Shown here: positions 1 to 10,944 of the stretch, one piece after another
Position numbering within the stretch: the first letter of the stretch is position 1
Layout: each line of letters starts with the position of its first letter
Virus genome (UHGV): UHGV-0159523
Source of the DNA: a virus
Length of the DNA stretch: 32,971 bases
Strand: one strand, 5' to 3'
The notes under the pieces: model-generated
Database searches by the model: none
Told to the model about the DNA's origin: nothing
What the model saw: the letters and a program-made list of their open reading frames with translations, nothing else
Program-made: the position numbers and the translations under genes

Positions 1-1527
<1,527 letters not shown>

Positions 1528-1531
<4 letters not shown>

Positions 1532-2904
1532 TGCACTGGCACCTTCAGAGGGATCACCGGCACAAAGCCGGGATGCGTAATGGCATTACGCCGGATAATG
1601 TCCGCGTCACGCGCCGCGTTATCAAACCAGGTAGCCGCCAGCACCAGCGCGGGTAAAACCTCATCCGGTGTGCGCTGAATGATCCGTGCAGACTGTTCAA
1701 GGCGCGTGTTGATATCCGCATTCAGATCTGCTTTCACCCGGCGCAGCGCCAGAAACAGCGCATCACTGGTTGTACGGGACAACTCCTTATCAATTGCCGT
1801 ATTCAGTGTGTCGCGAATGTCAGTCAGTTCTTCCCACGTCGGCAGGTCAACCGTGTTTTTCACCGCCGGTACATTGTTTAGTGCCGGATGCGTGACGGAA
1901 GGCCAGCCAGTGCTCTGCGCGGGTGTTGTTGCCTGCCCCACTGCGGAATTCTGCATCACCGCGGAAATTGTTGGCGCAGGCAATCGGGTGACGGCATACG
2001 CCGCTTCGCTGATTGCGGTCGTACGAAGGGTGCTGGCAACCACGTTACGCTGCTGCGTCGCCGTGGCGGTGGTTTTACTGTCCGTTTTCCAGACGCCGCG
2101 CGGTTGCAGATCGCTGCCGAGGCTGACACCGGAAAGCGTTTTGATCATGGTGACCAGGTCGCTGGCGTTACCATAAAGGCGTTTCCCGGTCCGCCACATT
2201 TTCTGCACCTGCTCAACGAAATTTTTGCCTGACGATGGCGGCGGCAGAAGTACCGAGATATCCCCCTGCAACAGCCTGGCGGCATCCGATACGGCAGAAT
2301 CCACCACTTTCATCGCATCAGAAACATACCCCAGCATCATGCTGGCATTACCGATAACGTCGTTCTGCACGAAATCCGCCACACCATCGATACTGAAACC
2401 GCTGAAGCTGTCACTGATGCAGTCATCCAGTGCAGAACAGGATGACATCAGCGTCTGCGCCGTCGCCGCACCTGATGTGGGGTAAGAGAGTTCTCCTGCT
2501 TCGACAAACTTCAGGTCAAAGCGGACAATACGCCCTTCACTTTTCGATGTGCTGACCCGAACTTCCCCGTCAACACAGACTTTCAGCTCACCATATGTCG
2601 GGTGGACAAGCGTGCCGGGACCGGGTTTATTCAGCGCTTCAATCAGGCGATCGCGCTGGTCAAAGCAGTCATCTCCCACCACATAAGCTGTGATGGACGG
2701 GCGGAAAGTGACTTTTCCCAGATCTTCGGTATAGGGCTTGTCGCGGTTCGGGTATTCATGTGTTTCCACACGGCGACCAGTTCCCGCACTTTCTTCTTCA
2801 ACCTTAAACGGCACGCTGCGAAATGACGCATCCTGAAGCCTGTCTTTCCACGTCATATAAGTCCCATATTTATTATCAGTAGTAATATTTACTGGTAATG
2901 CCAT
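1528..2904 (-). CDS. Mu gpN-like DNA circulation protein (tail module); alternative start at 2856
   Basis: N-terminal motif WKDRLQDASFRSVPFKVEEESAGTGRR typical of the DNA-circulation N-terminal family; the first 16 codons lie in the AT-rich island, so ATG at 2854-2856 (MTWKDRL) may be the true start. Confidence 0.7.
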
Positions 2905-2966
2905 AATTTGTAGTGGTAGCCATTACCATTTGTAACTATATAAATTATTAGCATTAAGGTGATAAC

Positions 2967-3413
2967 ATGAAGAAATTATTAAAATGGATTTTATATATTT
3001 TCATCGGGTTGGTGATTATTGGATATTTTGCAGGCAATAACGATAAAGGCTCTAATTCTTCATACTCATCCGATACGGAAGCTGCGGCACCGCAAAAAGA
3101 AATCTACAACACTACTGCTCGACAGCTGTTTAAAGAGTATGAAGAAAATGAAGTCGCTACCGATGAACAGTTAAAAGGTAAATTAATCGCCGTTAGAGGT
3201 ATCGTACAATCCATTGATAAGGACTTTACTGACTCTATAATTATTAAATTCAGAACTGAAAATGAATTCATGCCAGCAAGAATGGAGATGCAAGACTCTG
3301 AAAAATCAACAGCTGCTGCTCTTAAAAAAGGAGAACAAGTAACTGTTATTTGCGAAAAAATGTCCAGAATTGTCGGCTCCCCATCAGGCCGAAATTGCGT
3401 GTTCGCACAGTAA
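2967..3413 (+). CDS. Moron: N-terminally anchored or secreted small protein with OB-fold-like domain (tRNA_anti-like pattern), 148 aa
   Basis: AT-rich island on the opposite strand inside the tail operon; SD AAGGTGA 4 nt before ATG; N-terminal hydrophobic segment LLKWILYIFIGLVIIGYFA; C-terminal KGKLIAVRGIV...KKGEQVTVICE pattern. Confidence 0.55.
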   Translation: MKKLLKWILYIFIGLVIIGYFAGNNDKGSNSSYSSDTEAAAPQKEIYNTTARQLFKEYEENEVATDEQLKGKLIAVRGIVQSIDKDFTDSIIIKFRTENEFMPARMEMQDSEKSTAAALKKGEQVTVICEKMSRIVGSPSGRNCVFAQ

Positions 3414-3416
3414 GTT

Positions 3417-3447
3417 CAGGGGGGGGCGGCCCTCCCTGTTCGTCTTT
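3417..3447 (+). terminator. GC-rich hairpin between convergent moron and tape-measure genes (likely terminator)
   Basis: cagggggggg-cggc-cctccctg stem (about 9 bp, one G-U) followed by ttcgtcttt; lies between stop codons at 3413 and 3446. Confidence 0.3.
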
Positions 3448-5278
3448 ACCTAAATCTGGTGTACCCAACATCGTGATTAATATCAATGCCACTGGAACGT
3501 GTTTCCGTAACCCGCATACCTGGTGGCATATTCATAAATGAAACCTTGATCTCGCCATCAACTTTTGGCGCGATAGCTTTGTTAATCATAAAGGGATTCG
3601 AGCCTGTGGCATCGGAGGCGTTGTTTGCCTGAGCCGGATCCACCACCGGATAAGGAGTGTATCCCCGTGGCGGTATTCCCGTCCCATAAGCATCATAAGC
3701 ACCCGCGCCCCACTGCGCCGAGTTAATGGCATCGACCGTGTCACCGGAACTGTCGGTAAACCATTCAATAATCGGCTTCAGCTTATCCCACATATCCTGA
3801 AACCACTTAACAACCGGTCCCCAGTTATTGATCACCATCCCCAGCGGCGACCAGGCAAAAACCTTCTTCAGAAGTTCCCAACCTGCCTCAAAATAAGGAC
3901 CAATGGTTTCCCAGAGCTTCTTGAAATAAGGTCCGACAACATCCCAGTTAGTGATAATTAATCCCGCAGCCAGAGCAATCGCCGTCGCAATCATGCCAAT
4001 CGGCGTCATCGACATAATCCTGCTGACAATACTGATGGCACTGCCCACGCCCATCAATCCCAGTTTCAGAATCGCAAGACCGGCAGCAAGCCCGACGACG
4101 CCGCGAATAACCCGGGGATTTTCATCCGCAAACTTCGTGAATTTCTCCCCCAACTCCCCCAGCCATTGTGTGATATTTTTAGCGTCACCAGAAAATGCGC
4201 CGCCAATAGCCGCAAGGCCGTTAGTTGCGGTCCCTGTCATTGCCTCCCACAGGTTGGACAGCGTACCAAGCTGTGCCTGAACACGTTTATTCAGGCTGGC
4301 CTGTTTATTCATCTTCTGCTGGATCTGATCGTAGCCATCCTTTCCTTTATCGATTAGTGCATTGACCACCTGAAGGGTTTCGGCATCATCACCAAATATT
4401 GCCTTAAGTACACCTGTTCGCTTAACGTCGGTCAGTTTTCGCAGCTTTGCCAGTTGCCTGAACATGTTATCAAGACCGCCAAAACTTCCTTTGCCGTCAG
4501 TAAAATCGAGCTGTATCCCGAGTTTCTGGCGGGCCATAACTTTATTAACGTCCCTGATTTTCTTAACGCTTAATCCGGACTGGATAACTTTTCGCAGGGC
4601 ATTACCTGCCGACTCCCCGTTCATCCCCATCTGATCCATCATGACGCTGATGGGGGCAAGGCTCTGTGCAGCCTGAAGACCATCCTTGTTCACCATCTTC
4701 AGAACAGAACTGGTTTTAGTGAAGAAGGACAACATGTTGGTATCGTCAACGCCCAGATAAAACGCCTTCTGGATAGTGTCGAACAGCCCCATCATGTCTT
4801 CTGACGCCGTTCCGGTAGCATCCTGCATCTTTGCAGCAAACTCAGCAGCCGCTTCCGGTGTTTTTTTCAGTTGTACCGCAAGATAAGCTGTCGCTTTACC
4901 CACACCACCCAGAATGTTTTCTGCCGGGATCCCCTGACGCACCAGCATCTGCATCATGTTCTGGAAATCAGCCGTTGTACCAGGTAGCTGGTTACCCAGG
5001 CCAATAGCCAGTTTATTGATGTCCTGAAAGCTCTTTCCAACCTCGCCGTTCGCATCCATCATGGCGACTTTCAGCCCGGTGGCGGCGTTTTCCTGATCGG
5101 CATAAGATTTCAGGGAAAGCGTCAGACCCGCTGCCAGTCCGCCACCAAGCGCCAGCCCACCCTGTGACGCTTCTTCCGCCTGGCGTTTAAATCCCCGGAT
5201 TTTCTTTTGCATTTTCGACAGCGCGGGAGAAAGCCTGTCGACACCGGTGATCAACGCCTTAAGCTCAAATTCAGCCAT
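3446..5278 (-). CDS. Tail tape measure protein, 610 aa
   Basis: Long Ala/Gly/Leu-rich low-complexity protein with hydrophobic central segments, located directly downstream of tail assembly chaperone and frameshift ORFs. Confidence 0.8.
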   Translation of the reverse strand: MAEFELKALITGVDRLSPALSKMQKKIRGFKRQAEEASQGGLALGGGLAAGLTLSLKSYADQENAATGLKVAMMDANGEVGKSFQDINKLAIGLGNQLPGTTADFQNMMQMLVRQGIPAENILGGVGKATAYLAVQLKKTPEAAAEFAAKMQDATGTASEDMMGLFDTIQKAFYLGVDDTNMLSFFTKTSSVLKMVNKDGLQAAQSLAPISVMMDQMGMNGESAGNALRKVIQSGLSVKKIRDVNKVMARQKLGIQLDFTDGKGSFGGLDNMFRQLAKLRKLTDVKRTGVLKAIFGDDAETLQVVNALIDKGKDGYDQIQQKMNKQASLNKRVQAQLGTLSNLWEAMTGTATNGLAAIGGAFSGDAKNITQWLGELGEKFTKFADENPRVIRGVVGLAAGLAILKLGLMGVGSAISIVSRIMSMTPIGMIATAIALAAGLIITNWDVVGPYFKKLWETIGPYFEAGWELLKKVFAWSPLGMVINNWGPVVKWFQDMWDKLKPIIEWFTDSSGDTVDAINSAQWGAGAYDAYGTGIPPRGYTPYPVVDPAQANNASDATGSNPFMINKAIAPKVDGEIKVSFMNMPPGMRVTETRSSGIDINHDVGYTRFR

Positions 5279-5453
5279 GTGTGCGTTTCTCCTGCTCTAT
5301 CCTGTTTGCCTGACTGACCAGTAAGGGAATTTCACTGATCGGCATATTCAGCAATTCGAAAGGATTAATGCGCCAGTAGCTGGCGCAGTCAAAGAAGCGA
5401 TCAGTGAGGTATTCAGCCGTCAGGCCTGGAGGAAAAAACCAGCCACAAGCCAC
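5271..5453 (-). CDS. -1 frame extension of tail assembly chaperone (G-T-like fusion product)
   Basis: ORF in -1 frame relative to 5420..5689, overlapping its 3' end; slippery heptamer T-TTT-TTC in correct register 6 codons before the chaperone stop. Confidence 0.45.
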   Translation of the reverse strand: MACGWFFPPGLTAEYLTDRFFDCASYWRINPFELLNMPISEIPLLVSQANRIEQEKRTHG

Positions 5454-5689
5454 GCCGCTGCATTCAGGTCTGCCGGAGACATCTGGTCGACAGAGCTTTG
5501 CGGCACTTTCGCCAGCCGCACAATGTATTTCGACACCACATGCGCCAGAAGTTTGACTGACTCATCCTGATTCATCTGGTAGGGATACCCCAGCTCGCGG
5601 ACATCCTTCCCGGTGGGCTCATCAAACTCCAGTACGGAGAGTGTCTCGCCATGAGCAGTAATCGGTTTCTTTAACTCAAGCTCTTTCAT
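5420..5689 (-). CDS. Tail assembly chaperone, 89 aa
   Basis: Small ORF between tail tube and tape measure with overlapping -1 ORF, the conserved chaperone position. Confidence 0.55.
   Translation of the reverse strand: MKELELKKPITAHGETLSVLEFDEPTGKDVRELGYPYQMNQDESVKLLAHVVSKYIVRLAKVPQSSVDQMSPADLNAAAWLVAGFFLQA
5432..5438 (-). other. Candidate -1 programmed ribosomal frameshift slippery site (T TTT TTC on the minus strand)
   Basis: Plus-strand gaaaaaa at 5432-5438; on the coding strand codons GGT TTT TTC give X XXY YYZ in register with the chaperone frame, and the -1 frame is open to 5271. Confidence 0.45.
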
Positions 5690-6045
5690 TACTGGTAATC
5701 CCCTTCTTCACCGTGGAACTCAAGATCAACCGTACCTTCTTCGGCATTATGGTTCGCTTCGCCGTGCAGCCAGGCAGACGACAGTACATAGACCTGACCG
5801 TTCGCCAGCTCGGCAGTGATGGTCATCTCATCAGACGAGGTGATTTTGTTCACCGGAAAATTCTTCGGCACCTTGAAAGTCCCTTTGACATAAGGCGCAC
5901 GGTGAGTTTCCTTGCGGTCCACTGAACCGTCCAGGCCGATGATGTCATCATTGACCGTCCTGTTCATGGGCACCTCAATGCCGCCGGTCAGCGATAGCTG
6001 TTGACCGTCAATTTTGAAATAACAGGTTCCCCCGATACGGGCCAT
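5689..6045 (-). CDS. Tail tube protein (Mu gpM-like), 118 aa
   Basis: Size and position immediately after sheath gene; start overlaps sheath stop. Confidence 0.7.
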   Translation of the reverse strand: MARIGGTCYFKIDGQQLSLTGGIEVPMNRTVNDDIIGLDGSVDRKETHRAPYVKGTFKVPKNFPVNKITSSDEMTITAELANGQVYVLSSAWLHGEANHNAEEGTVDLEFHGEEGDYQ

Positions 6046-7541
6046 TATGCAGACTCCTCTGAATACTGAAGACGGAACTGGTTAACCACGGCAAAGACAC
6101 GCAACTGGTTAACATAGTCAGGCGGGAACAGCGTGTTCAGGCGGTTCGGATCGCTGGCATCACGCTCCACAACCAGGTACTGCTTAAACAGTTCGTAGTT
6201 TTCCACGATCCCCGCACGCTCAAGCTGACGGTAGGTTGCCAGCAGTTCCCCTTTGATCACCGCCGGGGTGACAATCGCCTGACCGGGACCAAAGCGGGTA
6301 CCGTCACTGGCAAGCTTGTGACGCCCGTACTTACTGGTAATGACGGATTTCAGTTTGCGCAGTACATACGCGCTGGTATGCAGAGTCTCACTGTCTAGGT
6401 AGCTGTTATCCGCAACCCCGTAAGCGTTTTTCCTGTACGTGGTGACATCACGCTGAATGCGCAGTACCCCGCTTTCGACATACGCCGTTGCCACGCCATG
6501 AGACAGCAGGGTCTGTTGTTCGGTCATCGTGAACCGTTTCCCCTTCGGCGCAGGCAGCATATCCACCAGCTCACCGGTCTGCGTGGGACGTGCCGGATCG
6601 TTGCGAATAAACACCGCTGCGCGGGCGGTACGGCTTGCCGCCAGTTCGTCGGCAGGCGTCTGGGTCTCTTTTTCGTACCCCGCCAGGGTAATGTGCTGCT
6701 GGTTAAACTGGTCACCTGCGGTCACCAGTTCTGACAGCGTGCCGATCTTTGCCGTATACACATGACCATACAGCTGACGCGCATAGCTCCAGCGACCGCT
6801 GGTATCGTTCATCTCGGTCACCAGCGTGTTAACGGAGGCCGTGTCGTTGAACGGCAGACCGATATAATCAAACGGCTCATCCGCCATTGCAGCCACCGCG
6901 CCGGTGAGAACCGGAGCACCCGTTCCGGCGGTACCCGTCGCCACGGCAATCTGTACGCCCGCTGGCAGCACTTCGCCCCCACCAAAGCCGTAGTAATTGA
7001 GGCTGACAGGAATTTCATTCCCGCAAAGCCCCTTATGACGCGCGGTCAGTGTGACCACGCCTGCCGAAGATGAAGCCGTAAACGGCAGGGCCGGAACGGC
7101 ATTGATGGCATCTTTGATACTGCTGGCAATCGTCGTGACGTTATCGCCGTTGGTCACCGGAGCCTGCACGCGGGTACGTCCCACATAGACATTCACCGTG
7201 CCGGTTTCGGTTGCCGCCCCGGTCACCGTCAGCGTAACCGTTGCCGCCGCGCCTGTGGATTCAGGAACGGCAATCACATACAGCTCGCCAAACGGGTCGG
7301 TCTGGCGATAAGCCTCGACCATACGCGCCAGCTGACTTCCCGCACCACAAATCTGGCGTGCATAGTCTGCCGACGACATCAGTACCAGACTGTTGGCAAC
7401 AATCTCTGCACCGTTATTGGCATGACCAATCAGCAGCGATGCTCCGCTGTCCTGTGCAGTATTCGCCGCCTGGTTATCCATTTCCGCATAAAACAGCGGA
7501 ACCAGCGTATTCGACGGAATGGTGTTAAAGCTTATCGTCAT
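6045..7541 (-). CDS. Contractile tail sheath protein (Mu gpL-like), 498 aa
   Basis: 498-aa protein upstream of tube, chaperone and tape measure; composition and length typical of myovirus sheath. Confidence 0.85.
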   Translation of the reverse strand: MTISFNTIPSNTLVPLFYAEMDNQAANTAQDSGASLLIGHANNGAEIVANSLVLMSSADYARQICGAGSQLARMVEAYRQTDPFGELYVIAVPESTGAAATVTLTVTGAATETGTVNVYVGRTRVQAPVTNGDNVTTIASSIKDAINAVPALPFTASSSAGVVTLTARHKGLCGNEIPVSLNYYGFGGGEVLPAGVQIAVATGTAGTGAPVLTGAVAAMADEPFDYIGLPFNDTASVNTLVTEMNDTSGRWSYARQLYGHVYTAKIGTLSELVTAGDQFNQQHITLAGYEKETQTPADELAASRTARAAVFIRNDPARPTQTGELVDMLPAPKGKRFTMTEQQTLLSHGVATAYVESGVLRIQRDVTTYRKNAYGVADNSYLDSETLHTSAYVLRKLKSVITSKYGRHKLASDGTRFGPGQAIVTPAVIKGELLATYRQLERAGIVENYELFKQYLVVERDASDPNRLNTLFPPDYVNQLRVFAVVNQFRLQYSEESA

Positions 7542-7695
7542 CGGTGTTCACCTTTTTATTCACGCGCCGGATATCACCCGCTGCTTCACGGCGCAGCCAG
7601 TAGTTGTTCTCGTCAACATTTCGCCCTTCGGCGGGCAAAAGGTCGCCGCGGGCAGGATCAGGAACTGACCGCCCTTTAACAGGTTTGACAAACAT
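7525..7695 (-). CDS. Small hypothetical protein, 56 aa (below ORF-track cutoff)
   Basis: Hand-translated minus-strand ORF MFVKPVKGRSVPDPARGDLLPAEG...; GAGGA-like SD upstream; fills the gap between 7704 and 7541. Confidence 0.25.
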   Translation of the reverse strand: MFVKPVKGRSVPDPARGDLLPAEGRNVDENNYWLRREAAGDIRRVNKKVNTDDDKL

Positions 7696-7703
7696 GAGGA
7701 TCC

Positions 7704-8264
7704 TCAGGAAGGAAGGGTTATTTCGGTGTGATGTTCGATATCGCCGTCAGGCCCGTTACCGGGCTCGAGATAATCAACATCAATCGCCAGCGTTTGCAGT
7801 TCATCCAGACTGTTCAGATCATCCTGCTGGCGGGTATCGTCTTCAGTCAGCTCGCTGATGACCGAAAAATCGAACTGATAAATCAGCTCATGACGATTCA
7901 GATCCAGCAGCGTGCCGCCGTCATAGGTAATCGGGTTACCGCACGCCTCCGGGTTCCAGCCCAGCAGAGCCTTAAAGAGCATCTGCCGGACATCGTCCAC
8001 CACATCATACGAGGCAAACTGACCGCGCTCATCACGCCCGTTACTCAGTATGACAACCACGGAGAAGCCCTCTTTCAGCTCCTGCCAGTAGTCGGTCTGG
8101 CTTTTGTTTTCTCCCGGAGAGTCATCACCCGGTACCACATACGCCGCCGGGAGTCTCAGCTTTCCGACCTCCGGCAGATTTTTGAACTGGGCCGCGCCTG
8201 CCACCCGGTTTTCAAAATACGGACAGCGGGCACGCAGTGCAGCAATAACAGGCGTCAGTTTCAT
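7704..8264 (-). CDS. Tail completion/terminator-like protein (Mu gp37 / DUF1834-like), 186 aa
   Basis: Position immediately upstream of sheath in a Mu-type tail module; ORF track. Confidence 0.5.
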   Translation of the reverse strand: MKLTPVIAALRARCPYFENRVAGAAQFKNLPEVGKLRLPAAYVVPGDDSPGENKSQTDYWQELKEGFSVVVILSNGRDERGQFASYDVVDDVRQMLFKALLGWNPEACGNPITYDGGTLLDLNRHELIYQFDFSVISELTEDDTRQQDDLNSLDELQTLAIDVDYLEPGNGPDGDIEHHTEITLPS

Positions 8265-8767
8265 CTGTGTCGTCGCTCCGGCTTCAGTGATTTACGCAAT
8301 TCCCGCGCCAGAAAATAGCGTGTCCAGCTGCGGTTCTTTTCAAGCGTTTCCACCATGAAGTTATTACGTGGAGCCAGTCGCCAGCCGCTGCCACCGGATG
8401 CACCACGATGATGACTACGACGACGTTTTGCTCCTCCCCGGACACCAAAAAACAGAAACGCCGGATAGAAGTCACCAGAGATCATCCGGTTCCCCTTCCC
8501 GTTGCGCTGGTTAGGGGCAATGCGTGTCATAAAACCGGCTCGCTTTTTACTGGCTCTCGGCACCATGTAACCAATCGAACGAGCCAGGCGTCCGGTCTGA
8601 TAACCGGGGTTTTCACCCGGTGCCGACCGCGCACGGCGCATCACCAGCCGACGGGCATCACGCATATGACGCTGACCAATCGTGACAAACGCCCGCCGGA
8701 CACGGGCGCGGTTAAAGCGCATCTCCGCGGGCTGCTGAAAATCAACGTGCAAAAAGGAAGTCGTCAT
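8261..8767 (-). CDS. Virion neck/tail component (HK97 gp10-like), 168 aa
   Basis: Arg-rich protein in the head-tail joining gene block; 4-nt overlap with downstream gene. Confidence 0.45.
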   Translation of the reverse strand: MTTSFLHVDFQQPAEMRFNRARVRRAFVTIGQRHMRDARRLVMRRARSAPGENPGYQTGRLARSIGYMVPRASKKRAGFMTRIAPNQRNGKGNRMISGDFYPAFLFFGVRGGAKRRRSHHRGASGGSGWRLAPRNNFMVETLEKNRSWTRYFLARELRKSLKPERRHR

Positions 8768-9152
8768 TGTTGCCTCCGTGACTCTGCCTACATTCGCCCA
8801 GCTCCGTACACTCCAGCAGCAGAAAGCGACGCGCCCCGTTCAGATCGCGCTGACGTTTCACCCGGTACACACTGTCACCGCAGACCACCTCATAATCAGC
8901 GGTGATCCCCCGGCGGTAACGAATGGTGATGTAATGGGTGATGGCGTCCCCGGTCTGCGCGGTTTCCTGCCAGGTGGTGGCACTGGTCTGGATAACCTTC
9001 GCCCATGTCCGGAACGTAACCGGGTATTGAGGCTCCACGCCAAAGTTATCCGCGGGCATATCCACCCGCAGGCGGATCAGGACGCGTTTATTCAGTTCAC
9101 CGGGGTCCGGCAGAATGTAGGTTGCGCTGGTCTGCGCCTGACGAATTTTCAT
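8742..9152 (-). CDS. Head-tail adaptor / head closure protein, 136 aa
   Basis: Position and size in head-tail joining block; coupled to the gene at 9149..9472. Confidence 0.5.
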   Translation of the reverse strand: MKIRQAQTSATYILPDPGELNKRVLIRLRVDMPADNFGVEPQYPVTFRTWAKVIQTSATTWQETAQTGDAITHYITIRYRRGITADYEVVCGDSVYRVKRQRDLNGARRFLLLECTELGECRQSHGGNNDDFLFAR

Positions 9153-9472
9153 TGCGGAAAGTACCTGTACGGGCCGACAAGCCAGCCAAAACTCTGCGGC
9201 ATGTCGAGTTTCTCCACTTCCGTAACCGACGAGCGGTTTTCGTAAAAATGGCTGATAAGCATCAGCATCCCCAGACGAATATCATCCGGCAGGTGCAGCC
9301 CGTCCGGATCGCTGTCCGGAATGGTTTCATCCGGTGCATAGAGCTTCCGGTTCAGATACGTTTCCGTCCGCTTTTGTGCCGCACATGCCAGCAGTTGCAG
9401 ATGGCGGTCATCAGTATCGAAATCCTCATCCAGCCGGAGTTGGGCTTTAATCTCTTCCATTGTCAGAAGCAT
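9149..9472 (-). CDS. Head-tail connector protein (gp6-like), 107 aa
   Basis: Acidic approximately 100-aa protein directly after capsid genes; conserved position. Confidence 0.55.
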   Translation of the reverse strand: MLLTMEEIKAQLRLDEDFDTDDRHLQLLACAAQKRTETYLNRKLYAPDETIPDSDPDGLHLPDDIRLGMLMLISHFYENRSSVTEVEKLDMPQSFGWLVGPYRYFPQ

Positions 9473-9474
9473 AC

Positions 9475-9675
9475 TCAGCCCTCTTTACTGGTCGTGGCTT
9501 TTTTCTCTTTTGCCGCTTTACTGCTTTTTGCACTGATTCCGCGCTCTGCTAACCCGGCCTGAAGTGCAATCTCCTGCACCCGGGCAGGAAGCGCCCCGTC
9601 GTCATACTCACCGGCCTGAATGACCTCAACACGCATACCGTCCGGTGACCATTTCAGATCTTGTTTCAGGATCAT
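9475..9675 (-). CDS. Small hypothetical protein, 66 aa
   Basis: ORF track; fills the gap between major capsid gene and connector; Lys/Ala-rich C-terminus. Confidence 0.3.
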   Translation of the reverse strand: MILKQDLKWSPDGMRVEVIQAGEYDDGALPARVQEIALQAGLAERGISAKSSKAAKEKKATTSKEG

Positions 9676-9724
9676 GATTCTTCACCCGTCAGAACAGGGG
9701 GCGCGGTTCCGCGCCCCTGAGTGA

Positions 9725-10930
9725 TTACGCCGCTGCAATCTTCAGCAGTTTGATGGCCTGCGAATCGACCAGCATCCCGCCGGTGCGCTTGGTGGTATAA
9801 AAACCGACAAACGGTTTATTGGTGTACGGGTCACGCAGAATGCGGGTGCCGATACGGTCAACGATGGTGTAACCCCGTTTGAAGTTACCAAATGCAATGG
9901 CTTTCGCATCAGCGGCGATATCCGGCATCTGTTCGTTTTCAGCGATACCGTAACCCGCCAGAGAGGACGGCTGCCCCAGCTCCAGCCCCGGACGCCACAG
10001 ATAGTTACCCTCGCTGTCTTTCAGCAGACGGATGGCAAACAGGCTGTTGTTGTTCATCATGAACTTCGCGCCAGTGCGGTGTGCCTTACGCAGCGTGTAA
10101 ATCAGTTTGATAATGGCGTCTGCGGTCACCGCAGTCGCTTCGCCGGATACAATATGCTGAAGTTTGCCGAACGCCCGGACCTTATCGGTTTCATCAGTGG
10201 ATTCATACGCCAGGAACCCTTTCGGCTTCTTGGTGCCATCGCCTGAGGTAAAGGCAATTTCTTCCTGTTCGGCAAATTCGGTTGCCAGCTCGCTGTTGAT
10301 CCAGGCCTCCACGTTGAAGAAGGCATCGTCCAGCATTTTCTGGGTAGCCTGCGGGTTGCCGTAGATTTCCCCCATGAGAGGTTCAATCAGCTCCAGTCTG
10401 GAGGTGGCAGTCTGGGATCGCGTATCCGTTTCCCCCACCCATCCGGAAGCCGTACCGCCCAGATTCACCAGTTTTTTGTAGTCGGAACCGCCAACGGTGA
10501 TCACCGTGGCTTCCTGACGCATCACCACTTCATCTTTCAGCAGGGTCAGAATGTTGCGATCCAGCGCTTCCGGCACGGCATAGCCACCGTCTTCATCGGT
10601 GCCCACCTGTAATGCCTTGCGCTCCAGATCGCGCAGACCATCTTCACGGCCTTTACGCAGGAAGCCCACAAACGCTTCTTTATGCTCGGTGGCCAGTTTA
10701 TTTTGCGCACCACCTGCCGGACGTTTCAGCTCAAGCAGCTCTTTTTCAAGGTCGCTTTTGAGATTTTCCAGCTCGCTGAGTTTTCCGTTCAGGGTTTCCA
10801 CCTGCCCGGCAAGCTTGCCTTTTTCCTGCTCAATCGCATCCACGCGCTTGTCGTTCTTTGCTTTGAAGTCGTCAAACTTCTGCTGCAGCTCCTGCGCGAC
10901 CTGTTCGACATCTTTAATATCTACCGCCAT
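9725..10930 (-). CDS. Major capsid protein (HK97 fold), 401 aa
   Basis: N-terminal coiled-coil delta-domain-like region (KLAGQVETLNGKLSELENLKSDLEKELLELK) followed by capsid body; directly follows prohead protease. Confidence 0.85.
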   Translation of the reverse strand: MAVDIKDVEQVAQELQQKFDDFKAKNDKRVDAIEQEKGKLAGQVETLNGKLSELENLKSDLEKELLELKRPAGGAQNKLATEHKEAFVGFLRKGREDGLRDLERKALQVGTDEDGGYAVPEALDRNILTLLKDEVVMRQEATVITVGGSDYKKLVNLGGTASGWVGETDTRSQTATSRLELIEPLMGEIYGNPQATQKMLDDAFFNVEAWINSELATEFAEQEEIAFTSGDGTKKPKGFLAYESTDETDKVRAFGKLQHIVSGEATAVTADAIIKLIYTLRKAHRTGAKFMMNNNSLFAIRLLKDSEGNYLWRPGLELGQPSSLAGYGIAENEQMPDIAADAKAIAFGNFKRGYTIVDRIGTRILRDPYTNKPFVGFYTTKRTGGMLVDSQAIKLLKIAAA

Positions 10931-10944
10931 CGTATTTCTCCTGA

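Noticed and set aside
3419-3426. G8 homopolymer as a possible phase-variable tract
   Set aside because: Lies in the intergenic hairpin between convergent genes, not in a coding region or promoter spacer; more simply part of a GC-rich terminator stem.
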